A stretch of 49,011 bases of DNA, from UHGV virus genome UHGV-1353889; one strand, given 5' to 3'. The stretch comes from a virus. Each line of letters starts with the position of its first letter. Position 1 is the first letter of the stretch. Position numbers and translations under genes: made by a program. This document shows, one piece after another, positions 1-10,060 of this stretch. Below the pieces are notes generated by a model, which saw only the letters and a list, made by a program, of their open reading frames with translations, was not told the origin of the DNA and made no database searches.

Positions 1-120
1 AGGCTTTGTGCTCTTCGATAGTTGTTAAGGCGGATCACTCTACCTTCTCATCAAGCCAATCCGCCCACCACTGCATCATTTCTCTGCGCTTATCGAGATA
101 CTGAGCATGGTTGTAAATTC
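1..120. repeat. Left copy of 120-bp direct repeat (putative att-derived); overlaps 3' end of the integrase gene
   Basis: 118/120 identical to 40241-40360 (differences at 56 and 60); sequences diverge immediately after position 120/40360. Confidence 0.8.
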
Positions 121-1228
121 CACGCACAGAACCGCCGTTGGCATGTGCTAGTTGCACTTCAATAGCATCAGCGGGCCATTCGTGCTCGTTCATAATCGTG
201 CTGAATTCATGCCTGAATCCGTGACCGCTTTCCAGACCCTCATAGCCAATTTGTTTGATCACAAGCAATACCGCGTTCTCGCAGATTGGCTTCTTCTTAT
301 CGTTGCGCCCGGCAAAAACAAATTCTGATACTGGTTTAGTGATGGAGCTTAGCGTAGTGAGAAGTTCAACCACCTGGTCTGACATAGGAACAACATGAAT
401 CTTGCGGCCCTTCATCACACTGGCGTCGATAGTGATAATCCTGTTTTCAAAATCGACGTTCTTCCATTGCATGGAACGAAGCTCTTTCGTTCTTAGGGCT
501 GTGTAGCGTAAAACTTTGGTCGCAATGAGCGATACGATGCTTCCTGAAAATGTTGCCAGTGCTTTGTTGAATGCAGGGATCTGGTCTGCTGGAAGAAACG
601 GGAAGTTCTTCTTGCGGTATCCTTTCATGGCGTCTGCAAGGTCAGGTGCCGGGTTATATTTAGCCCTACCAGTAACAATAGCGTAACGGAAAACCTCGCC
701 GCATCTTCTGCGTGCTTTGTTGGCTCGCTCCATTGCGCCGCGATCTTCAAATCTGCGGATTACTTCCAGAAGTTGCATCGGCTCAATATCCTGAATTTCA
801 AGGCTGCCGATGATAGGTAAAATGTCGTCATCAAACATTTTGGCAAGTTCAGTTGCATAGCCTACTGACCAGACTTGCTTCTTGTGCTCGTACCATTCCT
901 TGTAAATCGCACTAAAGGAATTGTTGTTAGACGAAGCCTTTTTCGCCTTTACAGGATCGATGCCAACCGAGATGTCTTTCCTCGCGGTCCATGCTTTATC
1001 CCTTGCCTCCTGCAAAGTCATAAGCGGATATTTTCCGACGGTCAGGATTTTCTCCTTACCGTCAATCTTGTAGCGAAGCTGCCATACCTTTTTTCCGGAT
1101 ACAGGGACATAAAGGTACAGACCATTACCATCGAGTAGGCGGTATGGTTTTTCTTTCGGCTTTGCTGCTTCAATCTGCTTAACGGTGAGCATGGGTAAAA
1201 ATCCGGTGGGTAAAATTATTTTATCCAC
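35..1228 (-). CDS. int: Tyrosine recombinase / phage integrase (P4-like family)
   Basis: 397 aa; N-terminal arm-binding-like region, C-terminal HGFRHEFST ... VRGIYNHAQY catalytic signature (R-H-R-Y); terminal position in prophage. Confidence 0.9.
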   Translation of the reverse strand: MDKIILPTGFLPMLTVKQIEAAKPKEKPYRLLDGNGLYLYVPVSGKKVWQLRYKIDGKEKILTVGKYPLMTLQEARDKAWTARKDISVGIDPVKAKKASSNNNSFSAIYKEWYEHKKQVWSVGYATELAKMFDDDILPIIGSLEIQDIEPMQLLEVIRRFEDRGAMERANKARRRCGEVFRYAIVTGRAKYNPAPDLADAMKGYRKKNFPFLPADQIPAFNKALATFSGSIVSLIATKVLRYTALRTKELRSMQWKNVDFENRIITIDASVMKGRKIHVVPMSDQVVELLTTLSSITKPVSEFVFAGRNDKKKPICENAVLLVIKQIGYEGLESGHGFRHEFSTIMNEHEWPADAIEVQLAHANGGSVRGIYNHAQYLDKRREMMQWWADWLDEKVE

Positions 1229-1441
1229 TTTTTACCCGTCATGGAGTGCGGCTGTCAACGATCTGACGCGAACCATTACGAACTGTGAATCTACGGAAGG
1301 CTTGATATTCAGGGGATTTTGCGGACTGGTACGGATGGGAGCGAACTGATAAATGGTGTCCCCTGCAGACATCTACTTGAAGCAGCAGGGGATTGATTAA
1401 AATGGTGTTTTTTAGGTGTGAGAAATATTTTACCCGCTATT

Positions 1442-1642
1442 TTACCCATTGGCGCGGCTTAAGAGCTTATTTTTGAATTCACAATGGTCACGATATAACC
1501 ATCTTGCTCGACCGTGGATAACTTTGGCTTTAGGCAGGTCGCCGGACTTAATCCGGTCGTAGATGAAGGTTTTACCAAAGCCAGTATCAGCCATGATGAA
1601 TTTCAAATCAACCAGTGAATCAGGTTGTAGTTCGTGTTGCAT
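1442..1642 (-). CDS. AlpA/Xis-like small DNA-binding protein (putative excisionase or regulator)
   Basis: 66 aa, adjacent to integrase; helix-turn-helix-like segment ADTGFGKTFIYDRIKSG typical of AlpA-family proteins. Confidence 0.5.
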   Translation of the reverse strand: MQHELQPDSLVDLKFIMADTGFGKTFIYDRIKSGDLPKAKVIHGRARWLYRDHCEFKNKLLSRANG

Positions 1643-1773
1643 GAGTGCTATCTCCGAATAGGGAATCGAACCTGCAAATCAGGCAATAAAAAACCGCCAT
1701 CAGGCGGCTTGGTGTTCTTTCAGTTCTTCAATTCGAATATTGGTTACATTGTTTTAATATATGAATAAATAAA

Positions 1774-1986
1774 TTAGCTTTTTTCGTTGCCTTCGCGTTC
1801 TTTATTAATTTTAACAAACTCGTTTTTACCACGCTCTCCAAATGCGTCTTTAGAGTCGTTGTATCCGCAATCGCAGCACACATAATCACCAGACCATCCA
1901 CGCATTGTTTTTTCTTTTGCAATATTTCCAGAACCGCATTTTGGACAAGACATATCACTACCTCCAAAGCATGAGTGAGATGACAA
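1774..1986 (-). CDS. Small zinc-ribbon protein (hypothetical)
   Basis: 70 aa with CPKCGSG ... CCDCGY four-Cys arrangement; the overlapping 1728..2111 ORF is judged spurious. Confidence 0.45.
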   Translation of the reverse strand: MSSHSCFGGSDMSCPKCGSGNIAKEKTMRGWSGDYVCCDCGYNDSKDAFGERGKNEFVKINKEREGNEKS

Positions 1987-2049
1987 CGTAACATTGATTG
2001 GAGATTAACAATAGATTGCTGATGTAAAAGATATGTATAAGCTTCGCTT

Positions 2050-2664
2050 TCAAAGTGGAGGCTCTGGTAGCGGCATCCAGTGTGACGGCTCACATACCCC
2101 CTCAACACCATTCATGTAAAAGAATTGAAATAACCCTTTACCTTTGTGAAACCCTACCATCTGCTCTTTTGTGTCTGAGCAATAAACCAAAACATCTTCT
2201 TCGCTTGGCATTCGCTCACTACAGCTTATCCAACCATCCGGAGTTACCGGAGAGTTGCCGGGTTCTTTAATGTGCAAGCGAGGCTCACCATCTTTTGGTT
2301 CAGGCCACTGGCGCTTCATGTTGATCTTCAATTTATCTTCCATAGCAGCGGTAATTTCAGCATCACTGATACCAGCACGGCGCTGTGCATCCCACAACAG
2401 GAACTGCATATCAGCCCACTCGCTGAGATCGTCAGGTTCGGCTGCGGCTTCCAGAGCCTCTTTTGAGAGATGTTTCAGCGGACCAATGGGGCCAACGCAG
2501 CCAAATGTTGAGTCAGACCATTTGGCATGCTCGTGGCGAATCTGTTCGCGTTCCAGTGATGCCAGTGCAATTCGTGCCAGTTCCATTTGTTCGCCACGAG
2601 TAAGCCCGTTTTCAAGCGGATCTTTAATGAACAATTCAATACGTTCTTTGGTAATAGTGGTCAT
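2050..2664 (-). CDS. Early-left accessory protein, DUF551-like C-terminus
   Basis: 204 aa; N-terminus MTTITKER shared with element 2 ORF 42479..42985; C-terminal HWMPLPEPP motif as I recall for DUF551. Confidence 0.5.
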   Translation of the reverse strand: MTTITKERIELFIKDPLENGLTRGEQMELARIALASLEREQIRHEHAKWSDSTFGCVGPIGPLKHLSKEALEAAAEPDDLSEWADMQFLLWDAQRRAGISDAEITAAMEDKLKINMKRQWPEPKDGEPRLHIKEPGNSPVTPDGWISCSERMPSEEDVLVYCSDTKEQMVGFHKGKGLFQFFYMNGVEGVCEPSHWMPLPEPPL

Positions 2665-2666
2665 GG

Positions 2667-2858
2667 CTATTTCACCTTAATCTCAACATTTCGCAGTTTT
2701 AGCTCCACTGGCAGGTCTGACTTTCCGGTTAAAGCTAATGCGAGATTTTCTGGAGTAATGAGAGCTGTTATTGTTTTCCCCATCGCCAGACGAATAATCA
2801 TTCGTATCTCGCGATCGTCACATGCTCCCGGTCGAACAATTGAGATTTGTCCGTTCAT
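2667..2858 (-). CDS. Hypothetical protein
   Basis: 63-aa ORF tightly packed (3-bp spacing) in minus-strand early-left operon. Confidence 0.35.
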   Translation of the reverse strand: MNGQISIVRPGACDDREIRMIIRLAMGKTITALITPENLALALTGKSDLPVELKLRNVEIKVK

Positions 2859-2859
2859 C

Positions 2860-3111
2860 TCACTCTCCTTTGATGCGAATGCCAGCGGCGCGGATTGCAG
2901 CGATGACCTCAGAAACTTTGTATGCCATTACCGTTTGGTAATCCTCGTGAAAATCTGTTCGATGAAGCATGCTGCTACGTTCTGGGAGCGATATTTCCCG
3001 TGCTTCCAGTTCTGCAATGCGCTTTTTTGCTGCTTCCAGCTCGTCCAGCAGTGTCAGCACGGTAGCCGGATTGGCTGCGGCGATGAATTCAGCATTGGCC
3101 TGCTGTTCCAT
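2860..3111 (-). CDS. Ea22-like protein, C-terminal portion (possibly remnant of a longer gene)
   Basis: 83 aa; KKRIAELEAREI coiled-coil and terminal GIRIKGE shared with element 2 ORF 43193..43807; the in-frame upstream extension lacks a start codon. Confidence 0.45.
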   Translation of the reverse strand: MEQQANAEFIAAANPATVLTLLDELEAAKKRIAELEAREISLPERSSMLHRTDFHEDYQTVMAYKVSEVIAAIRAAGIRIKGE

Positions 3112-3289
3112 TTGGAAATCTTCATCGAAACCGCTTTCTGGATGCGCTCCTTCAATTCTGCAAATAGGAATATATCCAGCAGCCTCGCGATGAATTAGCG
3201 CATCATCACCATCAAATCGGCCCTCTCCATATTCGAGCGATCACTCGCCACACGTTGCTTTTTCTGCCTTAGCACGCAGTGCCTGATAA

Positions 3290-3544
3290 TCAATCTGGCT
3301 CACTGGTTGCCTCCTGCTTTTCTGCCTTCAACACCATGCGAGAACCATCATCCAGCTCCCGCGCGATCTCACCACCTTCAGCCATGACCAGTCGCCACAC
3401 CAATTGAGCAGCCTCATTGGTAACATCACGACCTGGATCATTGCCAACGCGCATACGTCCACCTTCAACATCGCGCATTTTTGCCAGCATGATAGTTTTT
3501 GATAGCGGTGAAAAACCAAGCTGTAGTCGTGCTGAATTACTCAC
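3290..3544 (-). CDS. Hypothetical early protein (probable GTG start overlapping upstream stop)
   Basis: Track ORF 3290..3565; the more likely start is GTG at 3542-3544 preceded by GGAGG, overlapping the stop of the 3541..3708 ORF. Confidence 0.4.
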   Translation of the reverse strand: MSNSARLQLGFSPLSKTIMLAKMRDVEGGRMRVGNDPGRDVTNEAAQLVWRLVMAEGGEIARELDDGSRMVLKAEKQEATSEPD

Positions 3545-3708
3545 TGGTTGCCTCCTTTGCGCCACATCGCATTCAGATATTTGTTTTGATTTACTGATGG
3601 AAAAGAATTTCTCTTAAGTAATTCCTCTCTCGATGGCATTGGCTTTACGCGTTGGCGAATAATCATTTCTGCCGGAAGAATGCCGGGATTGTATGCAAGT
3701 CCTCTCAT
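3541..3708 (-). CDS. Small conserved protein (55 aa), hypothetical
   Basis: Manual translation [55 protein letters not shown]; near-identical copy at 44091..44258; below the 60-aa cutoff of the ORF track. Confidence 0.45.
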   Translation of the reverse strand: MRGLAYNPGILPAEMIIRQRVKPMPSREELLKRNSFPSVNQNKYLNAMWRKGGNQ

Positions 3709-3724
3709 GGTAAATTCCTCTTTG

Positions 3725-4039
3725 TTAATTTATTCGTATGCCTGTTCTCTCTTCATCGAGTTTTTTTAGCTTGTATCGCATAGCTCTCACTGAATAAATT
3801 GAGCGGCAGGTTGCAATTGCTATTTCTTCTGCGGAGAACTTACCGAAAAGTGATACTTCGGCTCTTGTCCAGCGTCTTCCACGAAGTCGGCTAACAATGT
3901 CAGCGCCAATCCTTGTTGCTTTCGCCATTACTGCTTTTTCAGTCCTTTCCAGTTTTTCAGCGATAACTTCAACTGGCATTGTCGCCGCTACTTCGCGTAA
4001 GAAATCGACTTCCCATTTCTCCCAAGGAGTCTTTTTCAT
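3725..4039 (-). CDS. Conserved phage protein, putative DNA-binding (two HTH-like segments)
   Basis: 104 aa; near-identical paralogue at 44553..44867. Confidence 0.45.
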   Translation of the reverse strand: MKKTPWEKWEVDFLREVAATMPVEVIAEKLERTEKAVMAKATRIGADIVSRLRGRRWTRAEVSLFGKFSAEEIAIATCRSIYSVRAMRYKLKKLDEERTGIRIN

Positions 4040-4050
4040 AGGCGATACCG

Positions 4051-4539
4051 TTATTTGATAAGAAGTGAAGGTTTCCCAACTTTGAGTTGAGCACCGGGGA
4101 TATTTATTCCTGCTTTTAGTTGGTGTTTGATTGCCAGTTTGTCGGCTTTAATTGTCGTTTCGAACTCAACGTATTCAGGAGGAAGGGCGCTTGAGTCGAT
4201 GATTTCTACAGTTTCTGACGGTTTGCGGATTGTTACCTGGTGAATACCTGCTCGAATCTTTTTCTTTCCAACCATTTCAAGCGATGACGCTATATACGTC
4301 ATAATGCTATCAATCTTATTTTGAATTACTGCTGCTCTTTCATTCAGTGACTTTGCCTCTTCCTTGAGGCGTTCAGCATAACCAGACTCATTTTTAATGA
4401 TGGCAAGAAGTTGCTCTATTTTATCGGTAAATTCTCCTTCCATGCCTTCTATTGTGTCAGCAATCATCTCTGGTTCTAAATCTGAATCCATCAATTTTGC
4501 GTATTCATTGGCAATTTCATACAGTTTGCTCACTGGCAA
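4051..4539 (-). CDS. Gp157-like protein (Sipho_Gp157 family, tentative)
   Basis: 162 aa acidic coiled-coil protein directly downstream of the RecT-family gene, the usual partner position; identical copy at 44879..45367. Confidence 0.5.
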   Translation of the reverse strand: MPVSKLYEIANEYAKLMDSDLEPEMIADTIEGMEGEFTDKIEQLLAIIKNESGYAERLKEEAKSLNERAAVIQNKIDSIMTYIASSLEMVGKKKIRAGIHQVTIRKPSETVEIIDSSALPPEYVEFETTIKADKLAIKHQLKAGINIPGAQLKVGKPSLLIK

Positions 4540-5428
4540 CCTCCAGTTTCGCTTTGCATTCTATGTAAATGGCTTGTACGTTCTGCTGCAATTTCATTCC
4601 AGATGTCAGGCGATATGCTTCTGCAAAATATCGCTTCAAATCATCCATGTTTTCTGCCTGAGCCATTTCATCACAAAGAAGTTGTGCTTTATCCGTTATT
4701 TCCTGCTGGCGTTTCCGTTCATCTTCGCGGATATCTTCCTCTGATTTGTGCGGCATAACTGGTTCAGTCCACACACCTTCTTCTTCGTTTAGTACGTGAA
4801 TAGCACTATCAAGACGTGATGCCTTAGGCCAATACTTGCTTGCACGCTTTACGACCGTCTTTCGCGCCATCTCATTCCAGTGATTTACCCATGGTCCTTT
4901 ATCGCTGAATGCCGCCTTGCTTGTTTTCCTTACAGCCTCAATTTCAGCCAGACTCATCTCTTCCGTTAGATAATCACCTGCTGGCGTCTTAACTGTGCAG
5001 TAAACGCCAACGATATCACCACGATCACCGAAGGCGTTGTATTTATGGGTTGGTGCTTTATCAAGCCCGTTTGACTCATAGGTATCGTTAGCATGAACAA
5101 GTTTTGCCTGACCCCATGAGATAACACCAGACTCCATTGCAATATGGAGCAATCCCATATAGCTGATATCAAGGCAAACCATGCCGTCGCGCGGAACCAG
5201 ATAAGCCAGTTTGCTAGCCGGGTTTAAGGTGATGCCGATCGCCGCAACATTGATGATGGCGTTCTGTGCGCTGGTTGGATTTGCCAGTGCCGTTTTAGCC
5301 AGGTAATCATTTTTCTGGAAATACTGAATTGCAAACTGGCTTTCCTTAGCCCATGTCACCGTCTGTTCAGTCAATGCTCCGCAGAATAACTGCTCCTGCT
5401 GTTTAACGAATTCAACGATATTGCTCAT
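4517..5428 (-). CDS. RecT-family single-strand annealing recombinase
   Basis: 303 aa; segment GPWVNHWNEMARKTVVKRASKYWP parallels the RecT core GPWVTHWEEMAKKTAIRRLFKYLP; identical copy at 45345..46256. Confidence 0.75.
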   Translation of the reverse strand: MSNIVEFVKQQEQLFCGALTEQTVTWAKESQFAIQYFQKNDYLAKTALANPTSAQNAIINVAAIGITLNPASKLAYLVPRDGMVCLDISYMGLLHIAMESGVISWGQAKLVHANDTYESNGLDKAPTHKYNAFGDRGDIVGVYCTVKTPAGDYLTEEMSLAEIEAVRKTSKAAFSDKGPWVNHWNEMARKTVVKRASKYWPKASRLDSAIHVLNEEEGVWTEPVMPHKSEEDIREDERKRQQEITDKAQLLCDEMAQAENMDDLKRYFAEAYRLTSGMKLQQNVQAIYIECKAKLEVASEQTV

Positions 5429-5736
5429 GCTGCTTCTCCATAAATGTGTCTGCGTTTGAATATTGCGAAGGCATATTCAGCCTTAACTCTTTCGGTTATT
5501 GCATCCCAGAACCATTCAGCGGCTTTTTCCTGATAGTTACAGTCATCATCTTCCAGCCAGTCGATAGCGTCCTTAGTGTGTTCATCTGGTTTATATGAGC
5601 GAAGCATTTCGCTTATTGGGTCGCAACGTTTGCAGAGACGATCAACTTCACTGTTGATTCGTTCGTAATCTTCATCAGTAAAACTTGCGATAATTTGCGA
5701 TATTTCACGCTTATCATTCAGAGTCAGAATCATCAT
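5425..5736 (-). CDS. Hypothetical early protein
   Basis: 103 aa, start overlaps RecT-family gene stop; copy at 46253..46564 with one substitution. Confidence 0.45.
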   Translation of the reverse strand: MMILTLNDKREISQIIASFTDEDYERINSEVDRLCKRCDPISEMLRSYKPDEHTKDAIDWLEDDDCNYQEKAAEWFWDAITERVKAEYAFAIFKRRHIYGEAA

Positions 5737-5817
5737 CTTTCTCCTGTTCTTTGTGCTGATTGAGCATTTTGTTCATCTGACGAATGAATTCTTCGTCTGA
5801 CCAGTTATCTGTAAAAC

Positions 5818-5988
5818 TCATGGGCGGCCTTGTTGTTTCAAAATATCCCAAAGCTTTTCGAGCAAGCTTTTCATTCTTGGTTGTTTAAAGTCTGCTCCGG
5901 TTAAAATATTTTTTCGTGAATGCTGTACCGATAAAATCGGGTTGAAAGGGCGAACCGATGCCGCCCCTGCAATAGCGAACTGTTGCAT
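5818..5988 (-). CDS. Small hypothetical protein (56 aa)
   Basis: ATG at 5986-5988 preceded by AAGGAG; the track's longer 5818..6093 ORF is probably over-extended. Confidence 0.35.
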   Translation of the reverse strand: MQQFAIAGAASVRPFNPILSVQHSRKNILTGADFKQPRMKSLLEKLWDILKQQGRP

Positions 5989-6018
5989 AGGATGCTCCTT
6001 CTGTTTGATTGCATAACG

Positions 6019-6221
6019 AAAACGCCTCGAGTGAAGCGTTATTGGTATGCATATAAAAAGGCCCTCACACTGGAGGGCAAAGAAGATTTCCAATAATCAG
6101 AACAAGTCGGCTCCTGTTTGGTTACGAGCGACATTGCTCCGTGTATTCACTCGTTGGAATGAATACACAGTGCAGTGTTTATTCTGTTGTTTATGCCAAA
6201 AGAAGGCCGACTATGCGGCCT
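6019..6221 (-). terminator. Cluster of hairpins including two intrinsic terminators (tL-like region of the leftward operon)
   Basis: Minus-strand hairpins at 6204-6221 (AGGCCG..CGGCCT followed by U-run) and 6061-6078 (GCCCTC..GAGGGC followed by U5), plus further hairpins at 6019-6038 and 6144-6170. Confidence 0.5.
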
Positions 6222-6262
6222 GTGATGTTAGATTTACTTTCATTTTTGAACGGCAGCTACAA

Positions 6263-6526
6263 TTATGATGGAATGTACAAAACCTCTTTCCAGTTCATAG
6301 AAGTGGATGATGGCATAAAATAATCCCACGACTCGTTAGCTACTAACTCTTTATTAACTGTGGTGGCAGCAATTTCGGCACCACCTTTATTATTAAAAAT
6401 GTCGTTCGAATACTGACATTTTCCATCTGCATGCACATATAAAATATCATATGTCTCTGTATCGTAATCACCACTTATGTCTCTGATAACAATTCCTGGC
6501 TTCAATGATTTAATTTTCTTGTCCAT
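6263..6526 (-). CDS. Hypothetical protein
   Basis: 87-aa ORF immediately downstream of N on the pL transcript. Confidence 0.4.
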   Translation of the reverse strand: MDKKIKSLKPGIVIRDISGDYDTETYDILYVHADGKCQYSNDIFNNKGGAEIAATTVNKELVANESWDYFMPSSTSMNWKEVLYIPS

Positions 6527-6534
6527 ATATCACC

Positions 6535-6861
6535 TCAAATAAGTGGTTTGCAGCCTAATTTCATTTTCTGGCGACCAACACAAGTCACCCCCATTTCACT
6601 GCGTGGCTTGCTGTACCATGTGCGCTGATTCTTGCGCTCAATACGTTGCAGGTTGCTTTCAATCTGTTCGTGGTATTCAGCCAGCACCGTAAGGTCTATC
6701 GGATTCAGTGCGCTTTCTACTCGTGATTTCGGTTTGCGATTCAGCGAGAGAATAGGGCGGTTAACTGGTTTTGCGCTTACCCCAACCAACAGGGGATTTG
6801 CTGCTTTCCATTGAGCCTGTTTCTCTGCGCGACGTTCGCGGCGGCGTGTTTGTGCATCCAT
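6535..6861 (-). CDS. N: Antitermination protein N (lambda-type)
   Basis: Arginine-rich motif MDAQTRRRERRAEKQAQWKAAN and the remainder match lambda N as I recall it; the track ORF 6535..6993 is an upstream over-extension. Confidence 0.85.
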   Translation of the reverse strand: MDAQTRRRERRAEKQAQWKAANPLLVGVSAKPVNRPILSLNRKPKSRVESALNPIDLTVLAEYHEQIESNLQRIERKNQRTWYSKPRSEMGVTCVGRQKMKLGCKPLI

Positions 6862-7090
6862 CTGGATTCTCCTGTCAGTTAGCTTTGGTTGTGTGTGGGA
6901 GTCGTAGTCCTGAACGAAAACACCCCGCAATGGCACATTGGCAGCTAATCCGGATTCGCACTTCCGGCCAATGCTTCGTTTCGTATCACACACACCAAAG
7001 CCTTCTGCTTTGAATGCTGCCCTTCTTCAGGGCTTAATTTTTAAGAGCATCACCTTCATGGTGGTTAGTGCGTCCTGCTGATGTGTTTAG

Positions 7091-7152
7091 TATCACCGCC
7101 AGTGGTATTTATGTCAACACCGCCAGAGATAATTTATTACCGCAGATGGTTA
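7091..7152 (-). promoter_or_regulatory. OL operators / pL promoter (lambda immunity type)
   Basis: TATCACCGCCAGTGGTA, CAACACCGCCAGAGATA and TATTACCGCAGATGGTT match lambda OL1-OL3; -35 TTGACA on minus strand within OL2. Confidence 0.8.
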
Positions 7153-7307
7153 TCTGTATGTTTTTTATATGGATTTATTTTTTGCAGGGTTGTGTGGCTT
7201 GGGAGGTGATCGAGAGATCTGAATTGCGATGTGTAGTGAGTTGTATCTATTAATTTTAAAATAAATACAATTGGTTATGTGTTTTTTTTTGGGTGGGGGG
7301 GTTAGGC

Positions 7308-7334
7308 AAAGAAAACCCGGCGCAGATGCCGGGT
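7308..7334 (-). terminator. Intrinsic terminator downstream of the cI-proximal accessory gene
   Basis: Minus-strand hairpin CCCGGCATCTGCGCCGGG followed by UUUUC. Confidence 0.6.
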
Positions 7335-7345
7335 TGTGGTAGAGA

Positions 7346-8251
7346 TCAATGCTTATTTGGGAGTGCTGGTTTTTTTATCGACTCTAATAGCTCGGAGGCG
7401 TTACTAATCTTTTTGTTCCCAAGGTAATTTGGCAGTTTTTCCATTGCGTAATTATCGTGTAGCCATTTTCTGAACACGCCAAGTGCCTCAATAGGATAAA
7501 TCCAAGCTGTTATATGCTTATTTGCAGCTGACTGCCTGTAATTTTCGGGGAATAGATGTTGGTACTGCACCCTTTCCCCGAATTTCTCAGATAGCCTATT
7601 AGCTGTCCAATACTTTCCCCAGTGAATTCCAACACTTCCATCCAAAGATGTGGTGTCATCCATTGGGAATCCTCCTCCGATCAGGTTCATGGCAATGTCA
7701 GCTATCTCTCTGAATACTGCAAAATGAGTTGTCGGTATCTGATCGTTTAGCTTAATCCTTGCTCTATAGTTCTCGAATGAGATATCTATTGAAGCATTTG
7801 GGTTGTAATTTGACTTTTCATAAATCATTCGCTTAAGCGTGTACTCAGCCAAGCGAACAAAATTACCTATTGCGACTGACCTATCAAAATTGGTGGCATC
7901 TAGAGCGTAGTAACGGAGGATAGCCATGCAAACATAGTCAGGATAAGCATGAGTTTCCACGTTTGAGCTATTTATAACGCGAGTGTATAGCTTTTCGACG
8001 TTATGAAACCCTTTCTCAGCTAAATACGCAGCTACTTTTTGACCTCTGGGTTTGTTTTTCTCTGTGTTCCAGTTTGATGTGAACACCCTCAGTGGCGTGT
8101 CATCAATGCCGCATAACTTTGCGAGACCGTAGAGAGTTAGGTAAGGAGTTCCATCATTGAGAACGCCCATAGGAATATCATCAGAAACAACCTCTACTAC
8201 AGGGAAAAGCTGCATTTGATGCAGGGATTCGCTATTGCTGTTAATCGACAT
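7346..8251 (-). CDS. Uncharacterized 301-aa protein in the rexA/rexB position (candidate lysogen-expressed exclusion gene)
   Basis: Same strand as and immediately downstream of cI, followed by a terminator; no confident family assignment from reading. Confidence 0.6.
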   Translation of the reverse strand: MSINSNSESLHQMQLFPVVEVVSDDIPMGVLNDGTPYLTLYGLAKLCGIDDTPLRVFTSNWNTEKNKPRGQKVAAYLAEKGFHNVEKLYTRVINSSNVETHAYPDYVCMAILRYYALDATNFDRSVAIGNFVRLAEYTLKRMIYEKSNYNPNASIDISFENYRARIKLNDQIPTTHFAVFREIADIAMNLIGGGFPMDDTTSLDGSVGIHWGKYWTANRLSEKFGERVQYQHLFPENYRQSAANKHITAWIYPIEALGVFRKWLHDNYAMEKLPNYLGNKKISNASELLESIKKPALPNKH

Positions 8252-8337
8252 ATCTTAATGATTTCCTTATTTTTATTGTAGGGATCTTCTTTTTTATTTC
8301 CTACATCTAGATGCGTATAAAGTCTCTTGCTGCGGAC

Positions 8338-9054
<717 letters not shown>

Positions 9055-9062
9055 TTAAATCT

Positions 9063-9127
9063 ATCACCGCAAGGGATAAATATCTAACACCGTGCGTGTT
9101 GACTATTTTACCTCTAGCGGTGATAAT
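9063..9127. promoter_or_regulatory. OR operators with pRM/pR promoters
   Basis: TATCACCGCAAGGGATA (OR3), TAACACCGTGCGTGTTG (OR2), TACCTCTAGCGGTGATA (OR1); pR -35 TTGACT and -10 GATAAT. Confidence 0.85.
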
Positions 9128-9142
9128 GGTTGCATGTACTAA

Positions 9143-9352
<210 letters not shown>

Positions 9353-9469
9353 ATAACCCCGCTCTTACACATTCCAGCCCTGAAAAAGGGCATCCAATTA
9401 AACCACACCTATGGGTATGCATTTATTTGCATACATTCAATCAATTGTTATCTAAGGAAATACTTACAT

Positions 9470-9763
9470 ATGGTTCGTGCAAACAAACGCAACGAGGCTC
9501 TACGAATCGAGAGTGCGTTGCTTAACAAAATCGCAATGCTTGGAACTGAGAAGACAGCGGAAGCTGTGGGCGTAGATAAGTCGCAGATCAGCAGGTGGAA
9601 GAGGGACTGGATTCCAAAGTTCTCAATGCTGCTTGCTGTTCTTGAATGGGGTGTTGTCGACGACGACATGGCTCGATTGGCACGACAAGTTGCTTCGATT
9701 CTCACCAATAAAAAACGCCCGGCGGCAACCGAGCGTTCTGAACAAATACAAATGGAATTTTAA
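9470..9763 (+). CDS. cII: CII transcriptional activator
   Basis: 97 aa, matches lambda CII across its length. Confidence 0.9.
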   Translation: MVRANKRNEALRIESALLNKIAMLGTEKTAEAVGVDKSQISRWKRDWIPKFSMLLAVLEWGVVDDDMARLARQVASILTNKKRPAATERSEQIQMEF

Positions 9764-9785
9764 CAACATCCAACGAGGTAATTAT

Positions 9786-10058
9786 ATGCGAAACAAAGGC
9801 TTTAATCCACCTGATACACACAAAGAAGCTAAGCGTTTGCGCTTCCTTCGTTCCATTGATGAAAGAACTCAAATCTCTTTTGTGAAAGTTGCCAGAACTG
9901 AGCTTCTGAAGGCTGAGGCGAGGGCGTTGCTCCCGTCTCTACCAAAAGAGGAGGGATATACGTTCATTCCAAACGCATTTCTGGAAAAGCTGCTCAAAGA
10001 AGACATATCCGTAAGTCAGTTTAACGATGTTATTAAGGTCTTTCGTCAAGGCAGGTAG
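9786..10058 (+). CDS. Hypothetical protein between cII and the replication genes
   Basis: ATG at 9786 with upstream GAGG; in-frame portion of track ORF 9633..10058. Confidence 0.45.
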   Translation: MRNKGFNPPDTHKEAKRLRFLRSIDERTQISFVKVARTELLKAEARALLPSLPKEEGYTFIPNAFLEKLLKEDISVSQFNDVIKVFRQGR

Positions 10059-10060
10059 TT

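Noticed and set aside
1728-2111. 127-aa minus-strand ORF overlapping the zinc-ribbon ORF and the DUF551-like gene
   Set aside because: Overlaps two better-supported genes in other frames and lacks RBS; judged spurious
2255-3198. Plus-strand ORFs (141, 64, 203, 74 aa) across the early-left region
   Set aside because: Antisense to the densely packed, translationally coupled minus-strand operon; no promoter or RBS support
6053-6225. Highly structured ~170-nt segment (three hairpins) repeated in element 2; considered as retron msr/msd or a novel sRNA
   Set aside because: No reverse transcriptase gene nearby and no a1/a2 inverted repeats; two hairpins are followed by U-runs on the transcribed (minus) strand, so a tL-like terminator cluster is the simpler explanation, although an sRNA by-product cannot be excluded
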